Assembly (NCBI GenBank): GCA_012295275.1
Contig: CM022678.1
Span: 8,928,001-8,992,000, forward strand
Origin: Chrysomallon squamiferum
Lineage: Eukaryota > Animalia > Mollusca
Length of the DNA stretch: 64,000 nucleotides
Direction of reading: 5' to 3'
Shown here: in pieces, positions 1 to 14,596 of the stretch
Layout: each line of letters opens with the position of its first letter
Position numbering within the stretch: the stretch's first letter is position 1
Program-made: the position numbers and the translations under genes
Notes under the pieces: model-generated
Told to the model about the DNA's origin: nothing
Databases searched by the model: none
What the model saw: the letters and a program-made list of their open reading frames with translations, nothing else

Positions 1-656
1 CAATGTTTTGCAGTAATTAAACTGGTTATTCCTGTGTTTGACTATGACCAGTGTTTTGCAGTAATTAAACTGGTTATTCCTGTGTTTGACTATGACCAGT
101 GTTTTGCAGTGATTAAACTGGTTATTCCTGTGTTTGACTATGACCAGTGTTTTGCAGTGATTAAACTGGTTATTCCTGTGTTTGACTATGACCAATGTTT
201 TGCAGTAATTAAACTGGTTATTCCTGTGTTTGACTATGACCAATGTTTTGCAGTGATTAAACTGGTTATTCCTGTGTTTGACTATGACCAGTGTTTTGCA
301 GTAATTAAACTGGTTATTCCTATGTTTGACTATGACCAATGTTTTGCAGTAATTAAACTGGTTATTCCTATGTTTGACTATGACCAGTGTTTTGCAGTAA
401 TTAAACTGGTTATTCCTATGTTTGACTATGACCAGTGTTTTGCAGTGATTAAACTGGTTATTCCTGTTTGACTATGACCAGTGTTTTGCAGTAATTAAAC
501 TGGTTATTCCTATGTTTGACTATGACCAATGTTTTGCAGTAATTAAACTGGTTATTCCTATGTTTGACTATGACCAGTGTTTTGCAGTAATTAAACTGGT
601 TATTCCTATGTTTGACTATGACCAGTGTTTTGCAATGATTGAACTGGTTATTCCTG
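1..656. repeat. 48-bp tandem satellite (~13.5 copies, runs off the window start)
   Basis: Unit CA(A/G)TGTTTTGCAGT(A/G)ATTAAACTGGTTATTCCT(G/A)TGTTTGACTATGAC repeats with period 48. ORF 34..471 is its 16-aa translation. Confidence 0.97.
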
Positions 657-749
657 ACGTTTGGTTCTAGAAATTCTGAAACCATAAAGTATCTCTCATA
701 TCAGACATTTTATTAATCAAGGGGATATTATAATCTTTATGATTAAAAA

Positions 750-990
750 AATATTCTTCAAATCTGCTATACAAATGCCAAGATATCTGAATTATTCTTC
801 AAATCTGCCATAAAAGCAGAAGACATCTTGAATCATTCCACAAATCTGCCATACAAACATGAAGTTATCAAATTATTATGTAAACATGCCAGACAAATAT
901 GAAGATATCTGAATATTCTACAAATGTGCCACACAAAGATACCTTCATTTATTCTACAAATCTGTATAGTGAACATGATGCCAAAAATTA
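750..990. repeat. Degenerate ~40-bp tandem repeat
   Basis: Recurrent ATTCTTCAAATCTGC(C/T)ATA(C/A)AAA...AAGA(T/C)ATCT motif, about 5 decayed copies. Confidence 0.55.
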
Positions 991-2762
991 TGTAGAAGAA
1001 AGCTAAACAATTTACAGCAGATAAATTTGGATTATTAGTTAGGATCTTAATCAAGCTAGTTCAACTATGTTCTGGGAAAACAACAGGGGCCCTTTACTGA
1101 AATCCCAGGAGACAGAATTAAAATAGACAAGTAAATATCTGATGAAAAATTAAATTAATAAATAAAATAATGTTTAGAGAAAAATAAATAAAATAAAATA
1201 AAATAAAACATTTAAAATATTTAAAATATAAAATAAAAAATCATCAGCACTCACAGAGAAATTAGAAATAGGAAATGAGAGAAACTAGACTGATCACACA
1301 TCACTCCTGTGTGATGCATGTAAAATATCCTTTGCTGTTAACTGGTAAAAATAAAACTACCAAACAGCTTCATCGTCAAACAAGAAAACATTAATTTCAT
1401 TCAAAGTTGCTTTTTTAAAGAGTTCTATATAATTCAGAAGTTTTCCATATTATTATTATCTCTGAGCTAATGGTGAAATGTTTTATTTCTTTAAATATAT
1501 CATTTATTTTATTTTTATTTTTTATTTTTTTTAAGTTAAATATATTTAAATGTTGTTTGTATGGCAGATTGATGTGAACAAAATCCCACAGACAATATGA
1601 AATATCTGGACGATGATCCAGCATGGTTCAGCTGAATAAAATAAATATTTTGAAACTGGACATCAATTGTTTTATCTTTGTTTATAATATATCTGTTTGA
1701 GGAACACATGAGAAATGGGCTGTTGATGAATATAAACTTTTATAAAATTCTGAAACTGTTTGTCCCATCTGTGTCTACTACCAAGTATAAATCCCGTGAA
1801 AAGTTCATTTTTATAATTACATGAAATCAACTTAACATCCCCTCCACTGAAATAGGCTTGCATCATCTAACAGCAAAGAGTTAACTAATAATAAACACAA
1901 CCTGTTGTAATTCAATGTATAATACAGGTTAAAACTGGGACCATTTATCAGCAAATACAATAACTGAAAAAAATCTCAGTATCTTTACAATAAAAACATT
2001 CCTAAAGATTTAGATAACATTCGTAAAGAGTTAGATAACATTCCTAAGCAAGACTCACAAAAATATTAAATGTAATTGAGTTTCCTGAGCCAAATGTCAA
2101 ATAACTGGCCAGCCACTGGCTATCATTCAGGACAAGGAACCCTAAGATCAGTCTGCATTCTGACACACTGACTTGTCAGACTGACAATTCCAGATAAAAA
2201 ACAGTGTGAGCATACACAAAGAACAGTCAGGTGATATAAAGTAAAAATTGAAGGATAAAACTTTTTTCTTTATAAATTTAAAACAAAATAATAATATCCA
2301 TTCATGTTTTTGGAAATAAATTTTAAATACAATATCTTTATTTTGAATCATTCAAAGTTAGTTAAAAAGGAAGTAAATGTTAAAACTGAAAAAGTATTTT
2401 TGTACTGTTTACCATATTTTTCATAAATTTTTAGCATTTTTTATTAATATTTTTAATTTTAATTTGGACATATAATTTAAAAAATTATCATAGATTTAAA
2501 ACTATAACTAAAAATAAATAAAATGTTAAAAGATTTGTGATTAAAACAACATTTATAACAAGTATGTGAACATTTAAAACAGTAAATAACAAATGTTACA
2601 TGTAAGACAATTGTATGAAGTTTTATATACAAGACAAACACTGCAGTCCAATAAAAATAAATAAATAAAACATTATCCAGTTAAAAAGTTCTATACTCTT
2701 TAAATAGTATTTTTCAGCTATGGCAATTAAATTAAGACAAAAGCATTAACTGTTTAAAAGAG

Positions 2763-3933
2763 AACTTGCACAGAATTACAAATTAACTTTCAGTACCTTG
2801 CACAGATTTACAAATTAACTTTCAGTAACTTGCACAGATTACAAATTAACTTTTAGTAACTTGCACAGATTACAAATTAACTTTTAGTAACTTGCACAGA
2901 TTTACAAATTAACTTTTAGTAACTTGCACAGATTTACAAATTAACTTTCAGTAACTTGCACAGATTTACAAATTAACTTTTAGTAACTTGCACAGAATTA
3001 CAAATTAACTTTTAGTAACTTGCAGAATTACAAATTAACTTTCAGTAACTTGCACAGATTTACAAATTAACTTTTAGTAACTTGCACAGATTTACAAATT
3101 AACTTTTAGTAACTTGCACAGATTTACAAATTAACTTTTAGTAACTTGCACAGATTTACAAATTAACTTTTAGTAACTTGCACAGATTTACAAATTAACT
3201 TTTAGTAACTTGCACAGATTTACAAATTAACTTTTAGTAACTTGCACAGATTTACAAATTAACTTTTAGTAACTTGCACAGATTTACAAATTAACTTTCA
3301 GTAACTTGCACAGATTTACAAATTAACTTTTAGTAACTTGCACAGATTTACAAATTAACTTTTAGTAACTTGCACAGATTTACAAATTAACTTTTAGTAA
3401 CTTGCACAGATTTACAAATTAACTTTTAGTAACTTGCACAGATTTACAAATTAACTTTTAGTAACTTGCACAGATTTACAAATTAACTTTTAGTAACTTG
3501 CACAGATTTACAAATTAACTTTTAGTAACTTGCACAGATTTACAAATTAACTTTTAGTAACTTGCACAGATTTACAAATTAACTTTTAGTAACTTGCACA
3601 GATTTACAAATTAACTTTCAGTAACTTGCACAGATTTACAAATTAACTTTCAGTAACTTGCAGTAACTTGCACAAATTACAAATTAACTTTCAGTAACTT
3701 GCACAGAATTACAAATTAACTTTCAGTAACTTGCACAGATTTACAAATTAACTTTCAGTAACTTGCACAGATTTACAAATTAACTTTCAGTAACTTGCAC
3801 AGATTTACAAATTAACTTGCACAGAATCAGTAACTTGCACAGAATTACAAATTAACTTTCAGTAACTTGCACAGATTTACAAATTAACTTTCAGTAACTT
3901 GCACAGATTTACAAATTAACTTTCAGTAACTTG
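2763..3933. repeat. 32-bp minisatellite (~36 copies)
   Basis: Unit AACTTGCACAGATTTACAAATTAACTTT(T/C)AGT with period 32 (e.g. 3111 to 3143). The centre is homogeneous and the edges are more variable. Confidence 0.97.
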
Positions 3934-5179
3934 TCAGCTGTAATTAACTGACAGTCTTCCATTAGATCAATAATTATTATTACATTGTGGTAAAATTAAT
4001 CAAAATGAAAACACATTCTTGTGACTGGTGGATTGATGAAAAAATGTAAAAAATGTATGATAAACTGAATGCATCATGTCAAGAAAAGGTTTTTTTTAAA
4101 AAATTAAAAAATTAAAAAGGACAAAATAGGAAAAATATTTTTAGGATTTCCAGAGATAAAAAACCATGAATAGAATTTAAAAAATGACTCCACATATTCA
4201 TCTACAGAAATTCAAGTGTGATTCGGAGATCTCAGTAGTAAACAAGAAGTAAAGCTGTTACGTCATAACCAGTGTAACAATGTTATAAAATTACTGGTCT
4301 AACTAAAAATATATTTGTTCACTTACACAGACCACACAGAAATGAATCAATGAATCACAAGTTTTGATAATGTCCTTTTTCTCCCACATTTCATTTCTTG
4401 CCTTCTCTGCCTAAATGTGTTCATTTTTGTTGACAGCTTTCAAATGATTGTCTTCAATCCATAAAATAACTAGCAAAAGAAAAATGTTCTTAATGTAAGT
4501 ATAACTGATTATTAAGAAATTACAACAAATAATTCTAAAATTAAAATATAAATAAATTAAAAGCATTTTCTCCATCTTCTTTAAAATTTATTATAAAAAT
4601 ATTAATTACATGGTACAAATCTTTTTTTAAATATTACTGACTTCTTTCAATTACCCAGTAATTATTAATTTTATTTTATTATATTTTTCAATATCATAGT
4701 TCAGCTTGTAAAAAATATGTTGGATTTTAACATAATAAAAATTAGAACTCATGACAGAGCCTGTGCAGTGTTAAATCTGCATTTCCAGAAGCTTTCATCA
4801 GTCATTTCTTCATTTTGCAACTCTGATTTTTTTTTTCTGCTTAAATAAATCAATTAGTTATATAATGTCCATTTGAAGTAAATAAATGCAGCTTGAAATG
4901 TTTTCAGCTATACATGTAAAGTTTAAACCAAAGTTACACTGCACACCACTAAGTCCAAAACTAGATTATAATTACACTATAAAAATCTTTAGGATGATGA
5001 ACTGACATTTTAGGTTACAGTATCATTCACTAGTCAATTTTTCTAAACTCAGTAATTACTTAGTTTAAACTAAAATTCTGAAAAATTGAAGGCAAAATAA
5101 TAAAATACAAAATAGTCAATTACTTGAAATTTAGACAAGATTTCCAAATTAAAAATTGCTGTCCATCTTGTAATACTGA

Positions 5180-5248
<69 letters not shown>

Positions 5249-5576
5249 TAATACTCAAAAAAGGGAAAAGATATAATAAAATAATCTTTCTGAATTATAA
5301 AGAATTAAATATAATATTTTTTAGGAACTGTTATTGACAAAAAATAAAAAGTATGATTATTAGCAAAGTACAAAATTTAATTAATTGTAATTAATGGCAA
5401 AGTTAACTTACCTACAGTTATGAATGTTTTCATATTTTTTCAACTTATTGTTCCAGTAATTTCTGCCATTTTTATAAAAATGCGCTTGTCTGTTACTCCT
5501 CTATTATTATCATTAACGTAATTCATTGCAGGCGCAGTAAAAACTTCACCAGTTTGAAAAACTTTTTTAAAATAAA

Positions 5577-5615
<39 letters not shown>

Positions 5616-6132
5616 TTTTTAAAAAAAAAAAAAAAAAAAAAAATAAAGAAAGAAAGAAAGAAAGAAAAAAAAAAAAAAAAAATGTGTATTGCCGTTCTTG
5701 GTAATATTTTACTAAAAACTCATCATGTTTTGCATTACAGTAAATAAATATAATATAAATAATGTAACATTTATTGATCATCAGGGCAAATTAAAAATAC
5801 AATAAAACCTTTTTGTACCATTATTCATTTTAGTTTTTTTTTCTTTTTCTTTTTCAAATTATTATTATTATTTTTAAATGGGGTTTTTGATAATAATGAT
5901 TTAATCCATATTTAGTGTGCACTCAGAAATGCCAAAACTGGTGAAATCTTATAATTCAAAGAACTGTTAATTTCTAAAAATCTGCTAATTTTATAAACCT
6001 TTATTTTTTATTTTTTTTTTTTAAACCGATTTTTTCAGATGCATATGTTAGTAAATACTGTACTGAAAATAGAAATATTTTTGAATTTTCAATAAACTTC
6101 CACAGACAATGAATACTCCCCTGCTCCATGTA

Positions 6133-6133
<1 letters not shown>

Positions 6134-6224
<91 letters not shown>
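6134..6224. repeat. (CA)n-(GA)n microsatellite
   Basis: Direct reading. Confidence 0.95.
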
Positions 6225-6226
<2 letters not shown>

Positions 6227-7493
6227 CCTGGAAAACATTACAATGAATTTCCAAAACTTTCCAAGATTTTCCAAAGCTGCTTTGTGTGTTAACGTCAGAA
6301 GTAGATGTCGTGCCATCAGCCAATCCTTACAGACATTGTTAGTCCAGGAATCTGGCTGTGGAAAAGGGGTAAAGTAGAGCAAGTCTAACAACGCCACGTC
6401 TACTCATGTCAGCTGTTTTTACGAGCTGTCCGAAACGATTTGACATAACTTTTTGGTTTGGCGATGTTTGTATACAATTCGACAAATTATAGTAAGATTC
6501 AGAACCAACCAGCCCAATTTCCCCGACCTTATTTCAGTAGGGACCTTTTTTCTTCTTTTTTTTTTCTTCTATTTTTAACGCTTTTCCCACCTAAAACTGA
6601 TAGAAAGCCTAGAGGCAGAGACTGTGTAAAGTATCTTACTATTTCCTAGCAACGTATCCCTTTCAAAAAGATAACGTAGGAAAGAGAAATATTTCTTGTG
6701 TTAAAATAAATAAATAAAAAATAAATAAATAAAAAATCAGTGGAACTGAATATTAATGTGAGAGCCATCACCAGATCCTGTTTTTCTGTCCATCCACTCG
6801 TTAGCTCACGAAGTCATCTCACCGATTATCCAATACCAGAGTACTCGATATTTGCAACACACATTATGAAATAAGATTTGTGTGTTAAACCCCTGTACAC
6901 TGCTCTTCTCTTATCAAAACAAATGCACCTTATCGCTGCACCTCTAGTTAGCAGTAAATTCTGTTGTGTAGCTCATAAAATATTATCACTTCAGCGGAGC
7001 ACTTTCTACACTTCTCAGTAAACATGGATAGATGAGTGGTTGGATTAGAGATGTGTGTATGAACTGACAGATGGATGGAACGACAGATAGATGATACAGT
7101 AAAGGTAATGTTGTTTATTCTATACACTTTGTGAGGAGTCTACCGTTACGAGAACATTCTCATGACTATTTCGAGGCTTGGTCCGAAAATCATAGTGAAT
7201 AAAGACTCCACTAGAAACTGTCTCATGAGACACCTCGCCAGTTGAAACCAGACATAACTGCACCACACACACACACACACACACAGCATGGCCATCATGT
7301 TAATTCACTGTTTGTAGATGTACTGAAAATATCAGTATATCAATAAATCTCTTGATGTGAATGTCTCAGCTCGATGTCTCTGTGTTTTTGTTAAATCACA
7401 CAACTCATATTGAATATAAAATTCAGTTGTTGAGTGAATGTATCTCCTAACATCTCCTAATACTCCCTCTGTATACAAATCTTCTATTTTATG

Positions 7494-7622
<129 letters not shown>

Positions 7623-7682
7623 AGAATTACATGTTGAAAACATTGAAACGAATAAAGGAGTAACTCTTCGTTGCTACTACTA

Positions 7683-7956
7683 CAGGTACCAGACCAGAAA
7701 TCCAGAATTGTTTTCCCGACGCTATTTTCACAGTTCACGTGCGGGAGTGTTGTCCTCACCAGACAGGAACCACTCTTTCAATCCACGTGGCGTTCATTCA
7801 CTCGCCGCATGTGTCGAATAGCCACAGTTGTGTATCATCAATTTTCTTTAATTTTAAAATGTCTAATTATTTAGATGCCTTGGTACCAGAAAACCAGGAA
7901 AAATCAGTCAGGAATGCCTCAGGCCCCAAGGAGTCTGGATAACTGGTCCGGTACCT

Positions 7957-7957
<1 letters not shown>
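7683..7957. mobile_element. 275-bp MITE, Tc1/mariner-pogo (Tigger)-like
   Basis: Left end TA|CAGGTACCAGACCAGAAATCCAGA and right end TCTGGATAACTGGTCCGGTACCTG|TA form a 24-bp TIR with 3 mismatches. TA flanks both sides. Confidence 0.8.
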
Positions 7958-7990
<33 letters not shown>

Positions 7991-7991
7991 A

Positions 7992-8031
<40 letters not shown>

Positions 8032-9439
8032 AAAACAGACACACAGACAGACCAGAAGCAGAGAGTCAAAAGTGTTTCCATCAACATCGGCTTCCATCTC
8101 AAAAGCAACATCTGCCTGGAAAGAAGATGAAAATTTTGCTTAAATCCATCAAAAAAAAAACAGCAACAGTGCTCAAAATTAAATATCACCAACATCTTCA
8201 TTACGAACAAGAAAGAAAAACCCAAGAAAGAGAAAGAAAAAAAAAGGAAAAAGAAGAAAAGAACTAAAATGATATTGAACAAATAAAATAAGAAGTGCAC
8301 CGATGGTAATGACGGCAACGTTAATAATAACAATAACAATAATAATAACAATAACAATAACAATAACAATAATAATAACAATAACAATAACATTAATAAT
8401 AATACGACCAAATCAGTTTTGCAATGTCATGGTTTTTTTTTCAGGGCTGAGCTTTACTTAAGTATAATTTCAGAATGTTAATGATACAGAATAAAATTAC
8501 TTGTCTGGGAAAAGGTTTCAGTGATTGTGAAGCAAAATGTAAATCTCTCTCTCTCTCTCAAGTTTAGATTTTTTTTCATTCGAAAGGAAAAACAAACACT
8601 AACCTCAAACACGGACTTCAATTCAAACAGTTTTCTATTTCAGAATATGAAAATATTAACTTGAATTTGCTTTTCACATCTCTCATGTAGACGACTGTGC
8701 TGCACCAACAAGTGAGGACGACAGTGGTGCAGTGTTGCTCTCTGCATCACACAGAACTGCGGCACTGACCTGCAGTCAGTTTCTTACCAGTATGGATGCT
8801 GAATAATTCTTCATTACTGTGAGTTGCCATCTTCATTTTTATATTCTCATTTTTAGAAAATTCATTCCATACAGACTTCGCATTTAAACCTTTTCTCTCT
8901 GCTATAAATTCCTATTTTTCTTATTTCATGGAATTATTTTACTCACTTCACATTTTATCCCGGGATGTGATTCTTCTTATTTATTTCTGAAAAAAATAAA
9001 GTAACTAGTTAAAGCAGTGGAGGATATGCAATATTTAAACTGACGTATTTTATTCAAGTAGATAATTTTATACAACGGATTTTATTTAATTATAAATTTA
9101 ATACATTTTTGCACCCTACATTTTCCAAATCACGTTTTCTTTCAATTTTCAAGTAAGACAAGAAGAAAATTTGTCATCTTTCTCATTTTGATTATACATA
9201 AATGATGTAGTATCGTCTTCAGGTACGAAAAGTAACACGTGTATTTATGAAAAACGTTAATATACGTTATCTATGTGATTTTATGCTTATACAGCACTGA
9301 ATTAAAAAAAAAAAAAAAAACAACAGAAAACACACACACACACAAAAAAACCGGGTGATTTATATCATCAGCTAGATTCCTTTGAAACCTGAAAGTTATT
9401 GGTTTTCAAAAGGCACTTTCAGAATTGTTTCCCTAAGAC

Positions 9440-9800
9440 TGATGTATAATAATAAAGAAAGAGAAATTGTTACTCAAGTTAAATACTTGGAATTGATTTC
9501 ATTAGTTCTGAATCCTTCATAAATACCAAGAAAGATTCAATGAAGCTCAACAGTTTTCTGCACTAAAACAAGATATCGAGAAATTAGTTTATAAATTGAC
9601 TGTCAGATTTGAATGACAACATTATAAAACATATATTAATGTATGGATGTGAAATTATGGGATTTTAGTAACTTAATATATCTGAGAAAAAACATTCATC
9701 TCAAGTTTTGCAAACACATAAACAAAAAAAAAGCATAAAATAAAATTAATAATACTAACCAAAAAAAAATGACTTCCTGGAAGATTTGTTACAGTTGTTT
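9440..9800 (+). mobile_element. Decayed CR1/L2-group LINE ORF2 fragment (RT thumb region)
   Basis: Frameshifted translation gives EIVTQVKYL...ILMYGCEI-WGFSNL...HLKFCK, matching the EIV..FKYLG, PIL.YG.E.WG and HLKFCK motifs of invertebrate CR1-group LINEs. Confidence 0.7.
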
Positions 9801-10829
9801 TTTCAGTGCAGTCATCAAACATACTGTTGAAGTAAGGATTTATTAAATGTATCAGTTAATGTCCATGCCTTAATGGAAATAAGAATTTTAATTAATATTA
9901 ATTATTCAGCTGTAATATCATACTGCACATTCTCAATATTGCAGTTTGTACGTGACTATAGAACTGCATGTCATAACAGACAGTAAAAGACATTACTGAA
10001 TGTACGTAACTATGTGCTTCCTTAGTGCTCTGCACTAACCTGCGTCTGTTATCTATTTACCATTTGCTATTCGACATTGTTTACTTATTGTAATTTTACA
10101 TATTTGATTCACACAGTAATATAACTACACATCATTCAGTATTCATGAATTACAGCGCACATGTTTATCTATCTACTAAGCAAACAACCTAACACTAGTT
10201 AGTTCTTTCAGTGTTAGTAGTAGTCAGTAATTTTAGTGATAGTAATATTTGTAGTCCTAATGGTAGTTAGTAGTAGTTGGTATTTGTAGTGGTAGTAATT
10301 ACTAACAGTATTTGAAGTCGTCATAATGAAGGTGGTCTTAGCACTTCTGATGTAGCAGTAATAAAACATTAGTTAAAATTAAAGAATAAAAACACTGAAA
10401 TGAGTTTTCATTTCTTTTCTCTTTTATTTGACAAATTATCACTTCTGTATTCAGGTTTCATACCAAAACTGATTTTTATCTGACATACTAGTTGAATAAA
10501 TCAGTTCATGTCAACTAATAATTATTTTATTTATAAGAAGGTCAGTGGTCCACTGAGATAAAGATATTCAATCTAAGCAAGTACAAAGCTAAGAAACATT
10601 TGTTTCTGCTTCACTTATCACACCTGCAGCATTAATTCTTTTCAGATTCAAGATTGTATACATTTTACTGCACCTAATTAGCACTTACAACATCTATCAA
10701 GACAAGACAAGACTGCAATGCAAGCAGTATTGAGAACACGTAAAAACACCTAATTTAAACAGTATTTTCTGTAGTGACACAAAACATATTAATTTTTATT
10801 TAACCCAGAAGACTGATTCTCTCAACGAC

Positions 10830-12600
10830 AAGTTTATACAAAAGTGTATTGCTTTTTAGACCAGAAAATAAATGTTGAAATGTTATTGTATTTGGTCTAA
10901 GTATATAATAATATACATTCACTTCTCTCAAAACAGAAAAATGTACAGTAAAAAATATAGTAGAACTCATCACCAATATCAGAATTACATAAAAGCTATA
11001 TTCAGTCTTCCATTTCAGTATTAAAACATCTACCAGATACCATAGGAAGTTTGATATTACTGGTTCTATATTTACCCTTTCAGTATTAAACGATCTACCA
11101 GATACCATTTTTAGTATTAAACCATGTACCAGATACCATAGGAAGTTTGATATTACTGGTTCTATATTTACCCTTTCAGTATTAAACCATCTACCAGATA
11201 CCATAGGAAGTTTGATATTACTGGTTCTATATTTACCCTTTCAGTATTAAACCATCTACCAGATACCATAGGAAGTTTGACATTACTGGTTCTATATTTA
11301 CATAATGCTCTAGCATTTTGCACTGGCAGCTGTAAACATAATGTTCTAATTTAAATTCACCTTTAAGCATTGTATAATAAATTCCTTTTCATGACTCGAA
11401 TTTATGTCTATTCCATTTTTGTAACAACTGACTACAACATTCTTTTAACAGCATGTTCTAACCACAAGATCTTCACTTCCACATATAGATATATGTTACA
11501 TAAACCACATTCATCCAGTATAGCTTTTATACAAGATAATCAAGGATTTGATAAATTATTTATATCAATAAAAATATCTACAGCACACCAGACAATTTAA
11601 ACTCTTTGCAGTTAACAATATATTTTTATGTATTTGCATATAAAGCCTTTCAGTTATATCTAAATTAATAAAACCCCAGATTTCACATCCATATAATATT
11701 TTAGGTTTTACAAACTTGTCTAACAAATGTAAGTGACAGTGAAGTAATAAACTGAATTCTCTACATTTTTTTTTAACATAGCAAACACTGCATCTGAACC
11801 TCAGGTGATAAAATCTTTTTTAGTATTCGATGATCCAGATTTACTTAAAATAAGGAATAGGTATTTAACCTCGGTAACAATTTCTACCTCCATATTATTA
11901 GATATAAATCTAAATGTATTTGTTTTTAGATTGCCTCTGGGAAACAATCTTAATTTTTAAGTAGAACTACTCACTGCACAACTGCTCACCAGTAAAGTGA
12001 TAAACTTTACAACAGTAGTGATAATCTCTTAACAATAAAATAGGATCTGCTAAAATCAATACAACATTTTTTTCTTTCTTTTCCTTTATCTTAGAAATAT
12101 AAACTGTTCTAAAAACAAGATATTAATAGATTTCCAAATATACTATACTTGGTTCCTGTATTCCAAAACCACTTTTTCCACCAAATGTTGCATATATGTA
12201 TATCTATATATATATATATAGATAGAGAAAGAGAAGATCCTATTATAAACTTACATATATAATTTAAACATATTACCTATGTATATAACTTCAGCTTAAT
12301 TCTGTCAGACCGTTCCAACATTTATAGTTTGTGTCATAGTCACTGTACAGAATTTAAATAAAGGAAGTGATCAAACAGCTGACATGTCAGTTATTTAGAT
12401 GGTGGGTTGTAGAACTGACAGGTTCTCTCATTATCTCGTTTTCACTGGTAATTAACTGAAATCCTGTACAACAATTACTATGTCCATATTATTAGATATA
12501 AATCTAAAAGTATTTGTTTTTTCTCACTGCACAACTAATCACAAGTAAAGTGATAAACTTTATAAAAGTGGTGATAATCTCTTAACAATAAACTAGGATA
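10830..12600 (-). mobile_element. Decayed CR1/L2-group LINE ORF2 3' part
   Basis: Minus-strand motifs occur in the expected order: VEIVTEVKYL, ILYGCEIWGF, IKAILDECGL, FKLEHY, ALCKYRTSNVKLPMVSGRWFNTER, LCNSDIGDEFYYIFYC, YYILRPNT. There are many stops and frameshifts, and 11890-12050 is partly duplicated at 12480-12600. Confidence 0.8.
11015..11300. repeat. 65-bp minisatellite inside the LINE relic (~4 copies)
   Basis: Unit CAGTATTAAACCATCTACCAGATACCATAGGAAGTTTGATATTACTGGTTCTATATTTACCCTTT with period 65 (11177 to 11242), plus one partial unit. Confidence 0.92.
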
Positions 12601-14462
12601 TCCTGCACATGTCAAATTAAAACTATTATATCTTAATTTGTTCATGTTGTTTATCATGACTATAAAAATACTAATAACATAACCAAAAAGATTTCACTTT
12701 CAAACCTACATTAATTTTCTTTCTTAAAATATGTCATTCTGAATATGTTCTTTCATTTTAATGTTATATTTGAAACAGCAGTAATTCTCACAGCTTCACT
12801 AGAAGGAAATCTAGGAAATACAAGAACTGAGGCAAGCAATCTTATCTGTACTATTACCAAGCAATTACACTATCAAGATGTTTGACAATATTATTTACAT
12901 CCATCACTAACAAAGAACTGAAAGTATTGTCTGGTCAAATTGAATCAGTATTGTTGTTTTCGAGAAGGATCCTATATAAAATATGATTTCTATTAATTTA
13001 CTAAAAGGAAATAAGAAAAATATGTACCATGCTTTAACTATTTTGAAGGAACATTTGATTCAGGTATGAAACTTGTAAAGATATCCAGTAAGACAAATTC
13101 TTGTGTAAGACTTTTATCATATTAATGTACATCAAGCTATTTGCATTGTTAATTATTAAATACAGAAATTATAACTCAAGCTAAAATACCTTGAACTTGT
13201 CTTAAGTAAGTCTGGTTCCTTTGTAAATATCAAGAAAGATTCACTTTGTTGAACTTCAAAGACTGTTTCCTATACTGAGAAAAGAAAAAGGTAGAGAATT
13301 TAATTTATGAACTAATAAGATTGTAAATATATATATATAATATATATAATTATATTACTGTATGGATGTCATCACATTACAAATGCTAGATCACATTTAT
13401 CTTTTTGTTTTACAAAATGTATACTAGATGAATGTGACATGTGTAACATAAATTCAAGTCAAAACTTGCTGTTAAAACAATATTATGCGATCGATTGTTA
13501 CAAATATGGAATAATGATACATTTAAGTGATTCAAAGTGTTAAGCTGCAGCCATGCACTAAATAAAAACAACAGTTACAATTTTTCCACTGGACTAGTTT
13601 ATGCAGTCGACGTTTATTCTTGAACAAATGTTTATATTTATTGCCAGTTGAAAATTGTTTTATTAGTTCCATCCTGTATTTAAGTAATAATAAAAATACG
13701 GCTATCGTTGAAACGATTATAGGTGCACAACGTAAACAAAGAATGCCTCGTCACTATTTAACACAAAACGAACTAACTTGATGTTTTCCGAAAAATTAAC
13801 AATTTACAGCAAATATCTTGTAGATTGATTACCTGATTGGGCGTTTATTTATTTATTTCCTTCCATTCATTTCCAAAATATACATGAAACATGTCTCGTG
13901 TTAACACCAGTTCCGTGGTTTATCTCCCCCTTGCTAAGCTTTGTACTGAATTAGATTTCCTTCAAAATAAAGCGCGCACTCTAATATCAAAATGAAAGGT
14001 ATTATTTCATTACACGGCTATGACCAGACGCATTCATCGGAACGGCAACAAAAACAAACCAGGCGGATTAAACCGAATATTTCTCTTTGGTTTCAGTTAT
14101 ATTCATATAGTTTTTATTACCGTTATTTATTTTCGTATGCGGATATTTTAATTTTAATTTTATTATTATTATTATTGTAAAAGAAACTTTCAGAGACGTA
14201 ACTCCCATTCTCCTTCAGATTTTAACTATGCACTTCTTCAATTAAATTTAACACTTTTCCATCGGTCACAGGACAAATCCAATAACGTTCTGTATCTGTG
14301 TGTGTCTCTGTGTCTGATGAACATTAATCTCACCTTTCAACACCGTCTTTTCAATGATTCGTTTTCCCATCCACCCATTCAACCGTCAGTAAATCCTGAA
14401 TCTACACTTCCTTCCACCCCTTCTTCAGTCAGTTTACCCATTTCAGATCTATATCAACAACC

Positions 14463-14596
<134 letters not shown>

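Noticed and set aside
34-471. 145-aa ORF of a 16-aa repeat
   Set aside because: It is the translation of a 48-bp satellite. It is broken by a 2-bp deletion near 465, and there is no start context or splice evidence.
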